Of a DNA stretch of 64,000 nucleotides, positions 17,901 through 26,763 are shown one piece after another. Position 1 is the stretch's first letter, and each line of letters starts with the position of its first letter. Source of the stretch: a virus; the IMG/VR virus record IMGVR_UViG_3300047323_000304, positions 64,001 through 128,000 of that record; one strand, 5' to 3'. The translations under genes were made by a program, and so were the position numbers. The notes below the pieces were generated by a model, which was not told the DNA's origin, did not search any database, and saw only the letters and a program-made list of their open reading frames with translations.

Positions 17901-20153
17901 TTATTTATTATTAATATTTAAAGAAATAACTTTATCTTCAGTAGTTCTTGTATTAATCAAGAAAATGCCTTGATTACCACGCTTAGAGTACAAATAAGTA
18001 TACAAATCTCTTTCTTCATTTTTACTATTTGTAGGAGCAATATCATTAAGTATAAATGACTTATTCTTCCCTTTTAAAGTTTCTAATTCAAAATTAAACC
18101 CTTTATTAACATCAATGATAGCACTTATAATCTTGTTATCCTCATTTAACTTCATTCCTACATTCCCTTGGCTATTTGTACTTCCAACAGCGTTAAAATT
18201 ACTACTATTAAAGATTATTCCCTTTCCTTCGTCAGATACCGTTAATACATCTACATCTTTTTCAGAATAATATATGTCTAATACTCTACTTTTATTTGAG
18301 TAACATTTTTCTAGTTTTTTGTAAGATGACAAATACTTATCTATTTTGATCTTAGCCATATTCCCATCTTCATAAGCTACTAAAATAAATCCAGTTGGCT
18401 TTTCTACGGATACTATTTTGATTATTTCTTCATCATCTTCAAAACCTAACAATTTAGGTGAGAATGTACCAAAAGCAGATGGTTGATACTGTTCTAAATC
18501 AGAACATTGTAATCTATATCTTCTTTCTTTATTAGTAAATATTAATAAAGTAGATTTATTTGTAGTTGTGAAATCACCAAGTATAGTATTGCCTTCAACT
18601 ACTTTGTGATTATCAGATTGTTTAAGATGTTTCTTCATGTATTTGTTTGTGTAAAAAATACGGCAGTTGTAGTCTTGTACAAAATCTTCTTTATTAATTT
18701 CTTGTACTGCATCTTCGTGAATTATTTCTGTCTTTCTAGGCTGACTATATTCTTTTTCAACTCTTTCTAAATTTGATATAATTAGATTGATGATATAATT
18801 TTCATCTTGAATGTTTTCTTCCAATGTTTTTACTTCGTTTTGCAACTGTTCAATATCTTTAATTTGTTTAACTATATAATCTTTATTTACATTTTTTAGT
18901 TTAATTTCAACTACATATTCTGATTGTTTTTTATCAATTAAAAAATATTGCATTAAATCATCAATTGAATTTTCACTAAAACGAATAATTTCTATTGCTT
19001 TGTCAATATCTAATAAGACTTGTTTTAAACCTAATAATAGGTGTAAACTCGATTTCTTTTTATCTAAATCATAATTCATTGTATTTATTATACATTCTTC
19101 ACTAAAAGCTATCCAATTATCCAATATAGCTTTAATTCCTAACACTTTTGGAGAATTATTAACTAAACAATTCATATTAAAATTAAAATTAGTTTCTAAT
19201 GACGTATCTTTAAATAATTTTGCCATTAGAAAAGATATGTTAGTATTTTTCTTAACATCTATAGCTATTTTCAATTCTTCAATATTCTTTTCCTTATTAA
19301 ATCCCGTTTCATCTCTGACATCTGTTATATCTTTATACTTATCCATTTTTTCAGTAATTTCTTTAATAATTTTTTGAGCAGTTGTTGAATATGGAATCTC
19401 ATATACTTCAATACAACCTTCACTTTCAACATATTTATATTTACTTCTTAAACAAATACCTCCACGTCCTGTGTTATAGATAGCTTTTAGTTGTTGATTA
19501 TCATATATCAATTGTCCTCCTGTTGAGAAATCAGGCGTTAAATAATCTATAATTTCAATATCCTTATTAATTATATATGCTTTAGTAACTTTGCATACTT
19601 CTGATAAGGGAAAACTTCCCCAATTGCAAGCTTCTCCTACAGCTATTGCACTGTTAGGTTTAACTAATATATTAGGATATGTATTTGGTAAAACTATTGG
19701 TTGGTAATGTCCATCTTCTCCGACAAGTTTTACTGCATTTTGTTTCAACCCATTGAACATTTCTTCACTAAATTTATTTAACCTACAAAAAGTATATCTC
19801 ATATGACTAGGACTATCGGTTGAATAAACTTTTCCAAATGAACCATCACCATCAATAAAAGGATGTAATAAAGTTTCATTTCTATCGGTTAATAATGCTA
19901 GTGATCCATAAGCACTACTATCTCCATGATTATGAATTTTTAATGTTTCTGACACTGGTTCTGAGGATTTTGCATAAGGTTTATCATAAGTTAATCCCCT
20001 ATTGTACATTGCATATAGTATTCTTCTATGTATTGGAAGGCAACCATCACGAACATCTGGAAGTGATCTATCAACTATAGTAGCAATGGCATATGACATG
20101 TAAGATTCCTTCATTCTTTCATGAAGTTCTACGTATTCTATATTATTATTCAT
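17901..20153 (-). CDS. gyrA: Type IIA topoisomerase subunit A (GyrA/ParC family)
   Basis: RSLPDVRDGCLPIHRRILY, HNHGDSS, HMRYT (catalytic Tyr), LPNTYPNILV; no clear GyrA-box, so it may be ParC-like. Confidence 0.9.
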   Translation of the reverse strand: MNNNIEYVELHERMKESYMSYAIATIVDRSLPDVRDGCLPIHRRILYAMYNRGLTYDKPYAKSSEPVSETLKIHNHGDSSAYGSLALLTDRNETLLHPFIDGDGSFGKVYSTDSPSHMRYTFCRLNKFSEEMFNGLKQNAVKLVGEDGHYQPIVLPNTYPNILVKPNSAIAVGEACNWGSFPLSEVCKVTKAYIINKDIEIIDYLTPDFSTGGQLIYDNQQLKAIYNTGRGGICLRSKYKYVESEGCIEVYEIPYSTTAQKIIKEITEKMDKYKDITDVRDETGFNKEKNIEELKIAIDVKKNTNISFLMAKLFKDTSLETNFNFNMNCLVNNSPKVLGIKAILDNWIAFSEECIINTMNYDLDKKKSSLHLLLGLKQVLLDIDKAIEIIRFSENSIDDLMQYFLIDKKQSEYVVEIKLKNVNKDYIVKQIKDIEQLQNEVKTLEENIQDENYIINLIISNLERVEKEYSQPRKTEIIHEDAVQEINKEDFVQDYNCRIFYTNKYMKKHLKQSDNHKVVEGNTILGDFTTTNKSTLLIFTNKERRYRLQCSDLEQYQPSAFGTFSPKLLGFEDDEEIIKIVSVEKPTGFILVAYEDGNMAKIKIDKYLSSYKKLEKCYSNKSRVLDIYYSEKDVDVLTVSDEGKGIIFNSSNFNAVGSTNSQGNVGMKLNEDNKIISAIIDVNKGFNFELETLKGKNKSFILNDIAPTNSKNEERDLYTYLYSKRGNQGIFLINTRTTEDKVISLNINNK

Positions 20154-20163
20154 AAATTACCTC

Positions 20164-22080
20164 CTAATCTTCAATTAAAGAAAAATCAAAATATTTGTGA
20201 CCTTCTAATTCTATTAATTCTTTTCTTTGTGGTAAAGTTTTATCAGACATACATATCTCTACCATCTCTATACCTTTTTCTACTTCTTCCCAAGTCACGC
20301 ATTTCATTTTTCTTTTTTTAATATCCATTGCTGTTTTATTTAGTATTTGTGGTTTTAAACCACCAATTCCTTTGTATCTAGTTTCAGTAAACTTATCTCC
20401 ATTAAATGATTTAACTATTTCGTTTCTCTCTTCTTCACTGTATGCAAATATCTCATCTTTTTTATGATTGATTATATATAGTGGTGTATATAGTATATAA
20501 ATTCTTCTTTGTTTTATTAGTTCTGGTGCAAATGTATAGAATAAGGTCAACAACAAAGTTTCTATATGTTGCCCATCTGTGTCCATATCTCGACATATTA
20601 AGACATTTTTCACATTTAAGCTATCAATATTAAAATTAGGAACTCCTTTTATTTGTTTTCCTTTATATATCATTCCACAACCTAAAATTTTAAATAAATC
20701 TTTTACTTCACTATTATCCAACACCTTGTCCAGTTTATTCTTAATTGAATTTATTATCTTTCCCTTTAATGGATAAATGCACATTGTTTTTGCATCACGG
20801 CTACTCTTTATGGAATTAAGAGCTGAATCTCCCTCTATAACTATAAGTTCAACTTCGTTTGCATATTTACTTCTACAAGGTACAAATTTATCAGGTCTAA
20901 CTTTATTATTTGATATACCTTCTTCTAGTTTTTTTCTTAAATCTTTTCTACTACTTTCGGCTTTCTCATTTGCTCTTTTAGTTAAAAGAATTTGCTCAAC
21001 CATTTTAATAAATTCGTCTTTTCTTTCTATTTGCAATATTTCTAAATATTCTTGGATATATTTTTTGGCTATTTTCCCATATAATTCTTTTTGGCTGGAG
21101 AATTTAGTTTGAGATTGAAATTCTACGTTGCTAGAAAGAACTGACACAACAAAATTAACACTATTTGTTACATCATCTATTGATATAATCTTTTCATTCT
21201 TACTATATAAAGCATTTTCTTTTGCATATTTATGTACAAAAGTTTTTATCCCTTCAAGCACTCCTTTATTAATTATTCCACCTTCAGATAAATAGTTCCT
21301 ATTTAAATATGCTTCTTGTATTGGCTCTATAGAAGTTGAAAACAATAATTCTATTTTTGTAATTTCATTTTCATCATTATAAATCTTTTGATTACATTTA
21401 AAATAATTATTTTCTTGTATGTTTTGATTATAATAGTCTTCTAAAGTATCATAGTGATATGATGATGTTTCTCCATTATATGTAAAATCAATAATAGTCT
21501 TTGGCGATGATGAGCTTGCTTTATTAATTATATCTTTCAAATCTAAGGGGTTATATTTTGTTTTCGTATAACATTCTTTATCTAATTTAAAAGTTATTTC
21601 AGTACCATGTTTATTTGTTTTTCCTATGTAAGTTAAAGGTGTTTTAATATCTCCTCCATTTTCAAATTCAATAATATATTCTTTCCCATCATACCATGAC
21701 CTAACATCATATCTAACACTACTAAATTGTAAACATACACCTCCAACACCATTGACTCCTGAGTTCTCAGCATCTTCTGTATCATATTTTCCCGAAGCAA
21801 AAAGTATTGTAAAAAATAACTCCCAGTTTGGGACATCATCGCTTACTTCTCCTATAGGCATTCCACGACCTGTATCACTAACTGTAATAGTCTCTAAATC
21901 TTCATGCAATAGTATGCTTATAACTCCATTATCAAAATTATTAGTTATTTCATCGATTGTATTATTAATTCCCACTTCTCTAAATCCATGCATGAAATTA
22001 TCTCTACTTCCATAGAAAATGGGAAGTTTTTCTCTAGCTTTTTCTCTATCATTTAATGTTCTTATTTTATCAAATGCCAT
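20164..22080 (-). CDS. gyrB: Type IIA topoisomerase subunit B (GyrB/ParE family)
   Basis: GHKL motifs NTIDE, DTGRGMP, SGVNGVGG; Toprim IEGDSA, PLKGKI, RDMDTDGQHI, RYKGIG. Confidence 0.92.
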   Translation of the reverse strand: MAFDKIRTLNDREKAREKLPIFYGSRDNFMHGFREVGINNTIDEITNNFDNGVISILLHEDLETITVSDTGRGMPIGEVSDDVPNWELFFTILFASGKYDTEDAENSGVNGVGGVCLQFSSVRYDVRSWYDGKEYIIEFENGGDIKTPLTYIGKTNKHGTEITFKLDKECYTKTKYNPLDLKDIINKASSSSPKTIIDFTYNGETSSYHYDTLEDYYNQNIQENNYFKCNQKIYNDENEITKIELLFSTSIEPIQEAYLNRNYLSEGGIINKGVLEGIKTFVHKYAKENALYSKNEKIISIDDVTNSVNFVVSVLSSNVEFQSQTKFSSQKELYGKIAKKYIQEYLEILQIERKDEFIKMVEQILLTKRANEKAESSRKDLRKKLEEGISNNKVRPDKFVPCRSKYANEVELIVIEGDSALNSIKSSRDAKTMCIYPLKGKIINSIKNKLDKVLDNSEVKDLFKILGCGMIYKGKQIKGVPNFNIDSLNVKNVLICRDMDTDGQHIETLLLTLFYTFAPELIKQRRIYILYTPLYIINHKKDEIFAYSEEERNEIVKSFNGDKFTETRYKGIGGLKPQILNKTAMDIKKRKMKCVTWEEVEKGIEMVEICMSDKTLPQRKELIELEGHKYFDFSLIED

Positions 22081-22100
22081 TATGTATTCCTCCTAATATC

Positions 22101-22367
22101 TTATTCTATGTCATAATCATATCTAGCTTTATCAGCTTCATAAACGTCTTTATATTCAAATCTATAAAGATTATCTCTTTGTGTTAATTCTTCAAATTTA
22201 ACTATTTCTATATTTTCATATTCTAGGTATTCTTTTGCTTTTTCTAATAAGACATCTTCTAATAATTCTTGATCCTCTATGCAACCTTCTTCAATTGTTA
22301 AAACCAATTCTGGAGTCATATGTATATCACCTAACCAAAAATTTATAAATACTCTATAATCAATCAT
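22101..22367 (-). CDS. Hypothetical protein
   Basis: Co-oriented ORF abutting neighbours. Confidence 0.65.
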   Translation of the reverse strand: MIDYRVFINFWLGDIHMTPELVLTIEEGCIEDQELLEDVLLEKAKEYLEYENIEIVKFEELTQRDNLYRFEYKDVYEADKARYDYDIE

Positions 22368-22781
22368 TTATATTTCCTCCTTAGCTATTTCTAAAGCTAC
22401 TTTCCAATATGCTTCTAATAAAGTACCTTCAAAAACTATATTCCTTTTGTCTGTTCCCTCTTGGAATTCATATAGAGAATATGCAAAAGACTTATCATCA
22501 TAATATTGTAATTCCATTCCATAGCCTTTATCTTCAATAAATTTCCTTAACCGAGTTTCTATAAGAAGTGGAATCATATATGCTATTGACGACATATTAT
22601 CTCTCATAGAATGATATAGAATTCCTTCTTCATCTTCTTTTATGTAATCTAAGCACTCAACTTGACTTAAATCAGCAGAATCAATGTATAAATCATATCG
22701 TCTAGGCTTCCACCAGTTTAAAAATACTTTTTGTATATTTTCTTCTAATCCTTTAAATTGTTCTAATTTTATAAATTCCAT
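22368..22781 (-). CDS. Hypothetical clostridial phage protein
   Basis: RBS AGGAGAG; FLNWWKP..DLY...IPLL pattern. Confidence 0.7.
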   Translation of the reverse strand: MEFIKLEQFKGLEENIQKVFLNWWKPRRYDLYIDSADLSQVECLDYIKEDEEGILYHSMRDNMSSIAYMIPLLIETRLRKFIEDKGYGMELQYYDDKSFAYSLYEFQEGTDKRNIVFEGTLLEAYWKVALEIAKEEI

Positions 22782-22947
22782 TTTAATCTCTCCTAACTTA
22801 ATCTATAATTTATTCAACTTTAAATGAAATACAAATTTTACGGGGTTATTCTGCAATTAATGTTCGTATTTCTTGTATAATTTAATCTATTATTCCGTTA
22901 TTTTTATCAATTATGCAATATTTCAATTTGTATTATTCGTGTTTTTA

Positions 22948-23316
22948 TCAAAATCCATTGCAACCTTCATCATAAGGATCTTTTTTAATTTTATCGCCTT
23001 TATCTTTTTTATCTAAGTATTTCATAAATTTACTAAACCAATTTCCTTCATCATAAACTACTTTTATTGGTGGAGGAGTTGGTTTAATTTTAACAGCTTC
23101 ATCTAAATTATTTAAGTGTTTCATAAACTCACTATCAAATAATTCTAATTTTATTTCTCTTAACAACTCATTATCTTCAATATTAAATATATCTCCATCA
23201 GTTCTAACTTTATAAGCTATCTTATGTATAAGTTGTCCAAATCTTAAATCAGGACTTTCTATCCACAATTCTGTTAGTATTTTCATGAATGGTTCTATTC
23301 TATTTACATCTCTCAT
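22948..23316 (-). CDS. DUF1040/YihD-like protein
   Basis: MRDVNRIEPFM...W...PDLRFGQL. Confidence 0.65.
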   Translation of the reverse strand: MRDVNRIEPFMKILTELWIESPDLRFGQLIHKIAYKVRTDGDIFNIEDNELLREIKLELFDSEFMKHLNNLDEAVKIKPTPPPIKVVYDEGNWFSKFMKYLDKKDKGDKIKKDPYDEGCNGF

Positions 23317-23332
23317 TTGCTATTCGCCCTTC

Positions 23333-23569
23333 CTATAATTCTATTTTAATAATTTCGTATTTTATACCTATATCATTTAATCCATTAATTAAATTCTCTA
23401 ACCAATCTTCGTTAGTATAATCTTCTTCAAAATCATCAACTATTTGAACCCCATTTGCAAAAGTTCTAATATTATTTATTAGTTTTTCGTATGTAAAAAT
23501 ATCATTTTTTTTAATTCCCTGTTCTGTATTAGCTTCTTGAAATACTATTTCTATTTTCATGATAATCAT
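23333..23569 (-). CDS. Hypothetical protein
   Basis: Co-oriented ORF with RBS. Confidence 0.6.
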   Translation of the reverse strand: MIIMKIEIVFQEANTEQGIKKNDIFTYEKLINNIRTFANGVQIVDDFEEDYTNEDWLENLINGLNDIGIKYEIIKIEL

Positions 23570-23607
23570 CTTCCTTCTAATATTATTTTTAATTTATTAA
23601 CAGTTGA

Positions 23608-23623
23608 TAAAACAAGCAATTTA
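23608..23623. repeat. TAAAA-N6-TTTTA site (1 mismatch), contains a stop codon
   Basis: GTTGA TAAAA CAAGCA ATTTA. Confidence 0.6.
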
Positions 23624-23995
23624 TTTTGATTTTAATAAATCTATTGCTATTTTATAAATAGGAACTTCACTATATCTATCAAGTCTTTTAGCACTTGTTG
23701 CACACTCGAATAATCTATATATAAATTTATTATCATTTAATAATTCTTTGGCTAATTTTATTTGTAACTTTTTAAAGAAATCGTTAGCTTCTTTTTCGGT
23801 TCTAAATATGTATTGTTCATATGATCTTGTTAGAACTTCTATTCCACCAGTACACCACACACCTTCATAAGGATTAGGAAATCCATCTATCATAAATAAC
23901 TCTTGTTTTACAATTGACTCAGCATAAACACCTAATCCATCTGAACAAACACCGTATACTTTATCATCTATTTTTAAATCTTCTAGTTTAATCAT
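23621..23995 (-). CDS. Hypothetical protein
   Basis: RBS AGGAGG; stop codon lies inside the palindrome at 23608-23623. Confidence 0.7.
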   Translation of the reverse strand: MIKLEDLKIDDKVYGVCSDGLGVYAESIVKQELFMIDGFPNPYEGVWCTGGIEVLTRSYEQYIFRTEKEANDFFKKLQIKLAKELLNDNKFIYRLFECATSAKRLDRYSEVPIYKIAIDLLKSK

Positions 23996-24224
23996 CTAAC
24001 TTTACCTCCTTATCGAGTTTTCTAATACCAATATTATTATTTTCTCTAATAAATTCAACTTTACCACCAAATAATATTGCTCCAGTATCTTGTTCAGTAT
24101 TTAATAAGTCATCTATCATATTTTCTATTCTATTAATAACTTCTTTATGTTCTTCATTATTGGTAAATCCAAAATTTAGACTTAAGTTAAATCCTATTAT
24201 TTTGTTATTATCCATTTTTATCAC
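23988..24224 (-). CDS. Hypothetical protein
   Basis: Overlaps the next start. Confidence 0.6.
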   Translation of the reverse strand: MIKMDNNKIIGFNLSLNFGFTNNEEHKEVINRIENMIDDLLNTEQDTGAILFGGKVEFIRENNNIGIRKLDKEVKLDD

Positions 24225-24371
24225 TCTTCTTTCTAAATCTTTTATAAATTTTATCTATATATTCCAGACACATTCCTATTATTGCATATATCAATATAGT
24301 TCCTACAATCTCCATTAGTGCATTTCCTCTCTCTGTTTATATTTTATTCAAATCACCATCAAATCAAAGTT

Positions 24372-24569
24372 TTAATTGGATTTAATTTCCTCAAAATCTT
24401 CACAAGTAAACCCATATCCACAATTACATTTATGTAATTTACACCAACCACCTTCTATAAAGTATGGATAATTCTTAATATAATTTTTACAACCATATTC
24501 ACATTGCCCTACAAAATCTTGTAATGGTTCTGATACATATAAAAAATCATTTACCTTAATCAAATTCAT
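24372..24569 (-). CDS. Cys-rich hypothetical protein
   Basis: CEYGCKN...GWCKLH...CEDF; stop inside the palindrome at 24359-24374. Confidence 0.6.
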   Translation of the reverse strand: MNLIKVNDFLYVSEPLQDFVGQCEYGCKNYIKNYPYFIEGGWCKLHKCNCGYGFTCEDFEEIKSN

Positions 24570-24693
24570 ATCTTTTTTATCAGGTAATGGATGTTGATTA
24601 AGCCATTTAATTTGTTCTTGTATTTCTTCTTGTGTTGGATGAAAACTCTTCCTAAAATTTGCAAATATATCATTTCACTTCCTTTCTAAACTA

Positions 24694-24722
24694 ATACTAC
24701 CATAAGTTACTATTTAATTCAA
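24694..24722 (-). promoter_or_regulatory. Sigma-A promoter TTGAAT-N17-TAGTAT
   Basis: Preceded by AAATAAAATAAAAAGAATAC. Confidence 0.55.
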
Positions 24723-24736
24723 GTATTCTTTTTATT

Positions 24737-24972
24737 TTATTTATATCTTTTTAAACATTTAATAAATGGTTTAGATACAGTTATATATCCTACATCAATA
24801 GTAGTATCTGTTTCTTTACACTTTCCTTCAATTGTTGTATCTATAAAAGCTACTGTTTCTTGGTTTTGATAAACTTCTATGGCTCAAGAATGCTAATGTC
24901 TATTGTAACTTCTCCATAGTCTGAATTAGCTTTAAATAATCCATATCTCTGTTTGTTTCTTAATTCTAACAT
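24737..24972 (-). pseudogene. Frameshifted hypothetical ORF
   Basis: RBS AGGAGG plus ATG at 24972; stops at 24877 after 31 aa; another frame continues AIEVYQNQE...KRYK* to 24737. Confidence 0.4.
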
Positions 24973-24997
24973 TTTAACACCTCCTAATATCTGTAAA

Positions 24998-25013
24998 TAA
25001 AATATCTATTTTA
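24998..25013. repeat. TAAAA-N6-TTTTA site (perfect)
   Basis: TAAAA TATCTA TTTTA CAAG, 4 nt from the stop at 25018. Confidence 0.65.
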
Positions 25014-25017
25014 CAAG

Positions 25018-25476
25018 TTATCTAATATTTATTATTTCATATTCTTTATCAATATAAATGTAATGACCATAATTCATATAATCAAGACTAACGGATGTTT
25101 GTACTATTCTGTGTTGTTTAACATCTAACAATGCAAAAGGATATTCTGGATTTATTTCTGAATTATCTAATACTTGATACTCTTCATTAATACCATCTTT
25201 ATTTACTAATAAGATAGATCCAATATTAATTTGCATATCTTCTGATTTTGATGTACATTTAGCATAATCATCCATTCCAACAAATGATGCTTGAGATAAT
25301 ATTTCCTTATCAAAATTGTCTTCATCATCTCCTAATATCATATTATAAGCATCTAGTCTATCTTGCTTGGTTAATTTAATATTATCTAATTGTTCCTGTC
25401 CTCTTTTACTTCTAGTATTTTCACCTTTATTATATATGGTTTCAATTACTGAACCATTTTCTAATTCTATTCTCAT
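25018..25476 (-). CDS. Hypothetical protein
   Basis: MRIELENGSVIETI; co-oriented. Confidence 0.7.
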   Translation of the reverse strand: MRIELENGSVIETIYNKGENTRSKRGQEQLDNIKLTKQDRLDAYNMILGDDEDNFDKEILSQASFVGMDDYAKCTSKSEDMQINIGSILLVNKDGINEEYQVLDNSEINPEYPFALLDVKQHRIVQTSVSLDYMNYGHYIYIDKEYEIINIR

Positions 25477-25480
25477 CTTA

Positions 25481-25753
25481 TTATTCCTCCTCCTCTATTT
25501 CTATTTTGGTGATATGTAATCTCTTATTCGTATCTGATATTTGTTCTATTACATTACTAACTCCATCTTGGTCATCATTGCCACAGTATTCATCATTACA
25601 TATATAATGATTTACTTGCCATGATACAATTTCTTCTTCCTTAACTAATTGTTCTAATAAACAAGCACTGCAATAATTTTTCCCTTCATATTTGTATTCT
25701 GCAAATTCAGTTTTACATTCGTCACACCAAATATCATTATCTTTGTCTTTCAT
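25481..25753 (-). CDS. Zn-binding hypothetical protein
   Basis: CDEC...CSAC. Confidence 0.65.
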   Translation of the reverse strand: MKDKDNDIWCDECKTEFAEYKYEGKNYCSACLLEQLVKEEEIVSWQVNHYICNDEYCGNDDQDGVSNVIEQISDTNKRLHITKIEIEEEE

Positions 25754-25758
25754 TTTAA

Positions 25759-26136
25759 TTAGTCCTCCTTCTTATATTTTAATATTAATTGTAATTTATC
25801 ATCATTATTCCATTCATTGATTTCGTCTAATGTCATGTCTTCTAATACATCATAATCAATATACCAAACATATTGCTCATCTAAAACTTCAACCTTAATT
25901 TCTTTTATATTGCATATTGGAACATAAGTATTATCATCTTTGTTGTATAATATTTTTTCTCCTCTTAAAATCCAGTAATGTACAAAAGAATATTTACTAC
26001 TATATGTATATTTATTATCAGTTATAACTTCCTTTGAGTCATCTTTATAATAAATAGTTGCTTGATATAAATAGTATTTTTGTCTTTTAAACTGTTTAGC
26101 TAAATGTCTATAATATAATTCTTTAAGTTTATTCAT
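25759..26136 (-). CDS. Hypothetical protein
   Basis: RBS AAAGGAGA. Confidence 0.7.
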   Translation of the reverse strand: MNKLKELYYRHLAKQFKRQKYYLYQATIYYKDDSKEVITDNKYTYSSKYSFVHYWILRGEKILYNKDDNTYVPICNIKEIKVEVLDEQYVWYIDYDVLEDMTLDEINEWNNDDKLQLILKYKKED

Positions 26137-26184
26137 ATTTCATATCTCCTTTATTCATATTCTTTTTATTTTATTAAGTTAGGG

Positions 26185-26200
26185 TAAAATTGGAATTTTA
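26185..26200. repeat. TAAAA-N6-TTTTA site (perfect)
   Basis: TAAAA TTGGAA TTTTA, intergenic. Confidence 0.65.
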
Positions 26201-26268
26201 ATTGGTTATTATTTAATTTAGTGCTTGAAAATACAAGCATTTAAGAGTATATGTGAGTATGGGAGAGT

Positions 26269-26652
26269 TTAATTTTCCAACTTACTCATTTTATAACCTA
26301 ATTTTGCACATTTGTTTTCTAATTCCTTTTTCTCAATAGTTGTTTTGATTGTATTAATTAAATTATCATCAATAAGTTCTTTATGTACCTCAAACATTGT
26401 GGCTAATAAATATTGATAATCTTTATTTATTATACTTAATACCATATTGTTTAAAAATTGTTCATCTATGTGTTTTATCAAGAACGTTTCTGAAGTATTT
26501 AGTATTTCACATAATTTAGGTAGATACTTTTTGGGAATAGGTCTTGTTCCTTTTGCCCAAATACTTATAAGTTGTTTACTTACATCTAATTTATTAGCCA
26601 ATTCTTTATTTTGCATATTACTATTTTTTAATAAAAATTCTAACCCATTCAT
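26269..26652 (-). CDS. XRE-family helix-turn-helix regulator
   Basis: MQNKELANKLDVSKQLISIWAKGTRPIPKKYLPKLCEIL. Confidence 0.85.
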   Translation of the reverse strand: MNGLEFLLKNSNMQNKELANKLDVSKQLISIWAKGTRPIPKKYLPKLCEILNTSETFLIKHIDEQFLNNMVLSIINKDYQYLLATMFEVHKELIDDNLINTIKTTIEKKELENKCAKLGYKMSKLEN

Positions 26653-26677
26653 ATGTATTTCCTCCTTAAAATAAAAA

Positions 26678-26714
26678 TAGATACAAGATATTTTCTAAAT
26701 TTATCCTGTATCTA
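26678..26714. promoter_or_regulatory. 13-bp inverted repeat, candidate operator of the XRE gene
   Basis: TAGATACAAGATA-11nt-TATCCTGTATCTA between the -10 box and the RBS. Confidence 0.5.
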
Positions 26715-26715
26715 T

Positions 26716-26744
26716 ATAATATACCTATTAAGTTTTATTGTCAA
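26716..26744 (-). promoter_or_regulatory. Sigma-A promoter TTGACA-N17-TATTAT
   Basis: Upstream of XRE gene; preceded by AATAAAATAAAAAGAATACTA. Confidence 0.65.
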
Positions 26745-26763
26745 TAGTATTCTTTTTATTTTA

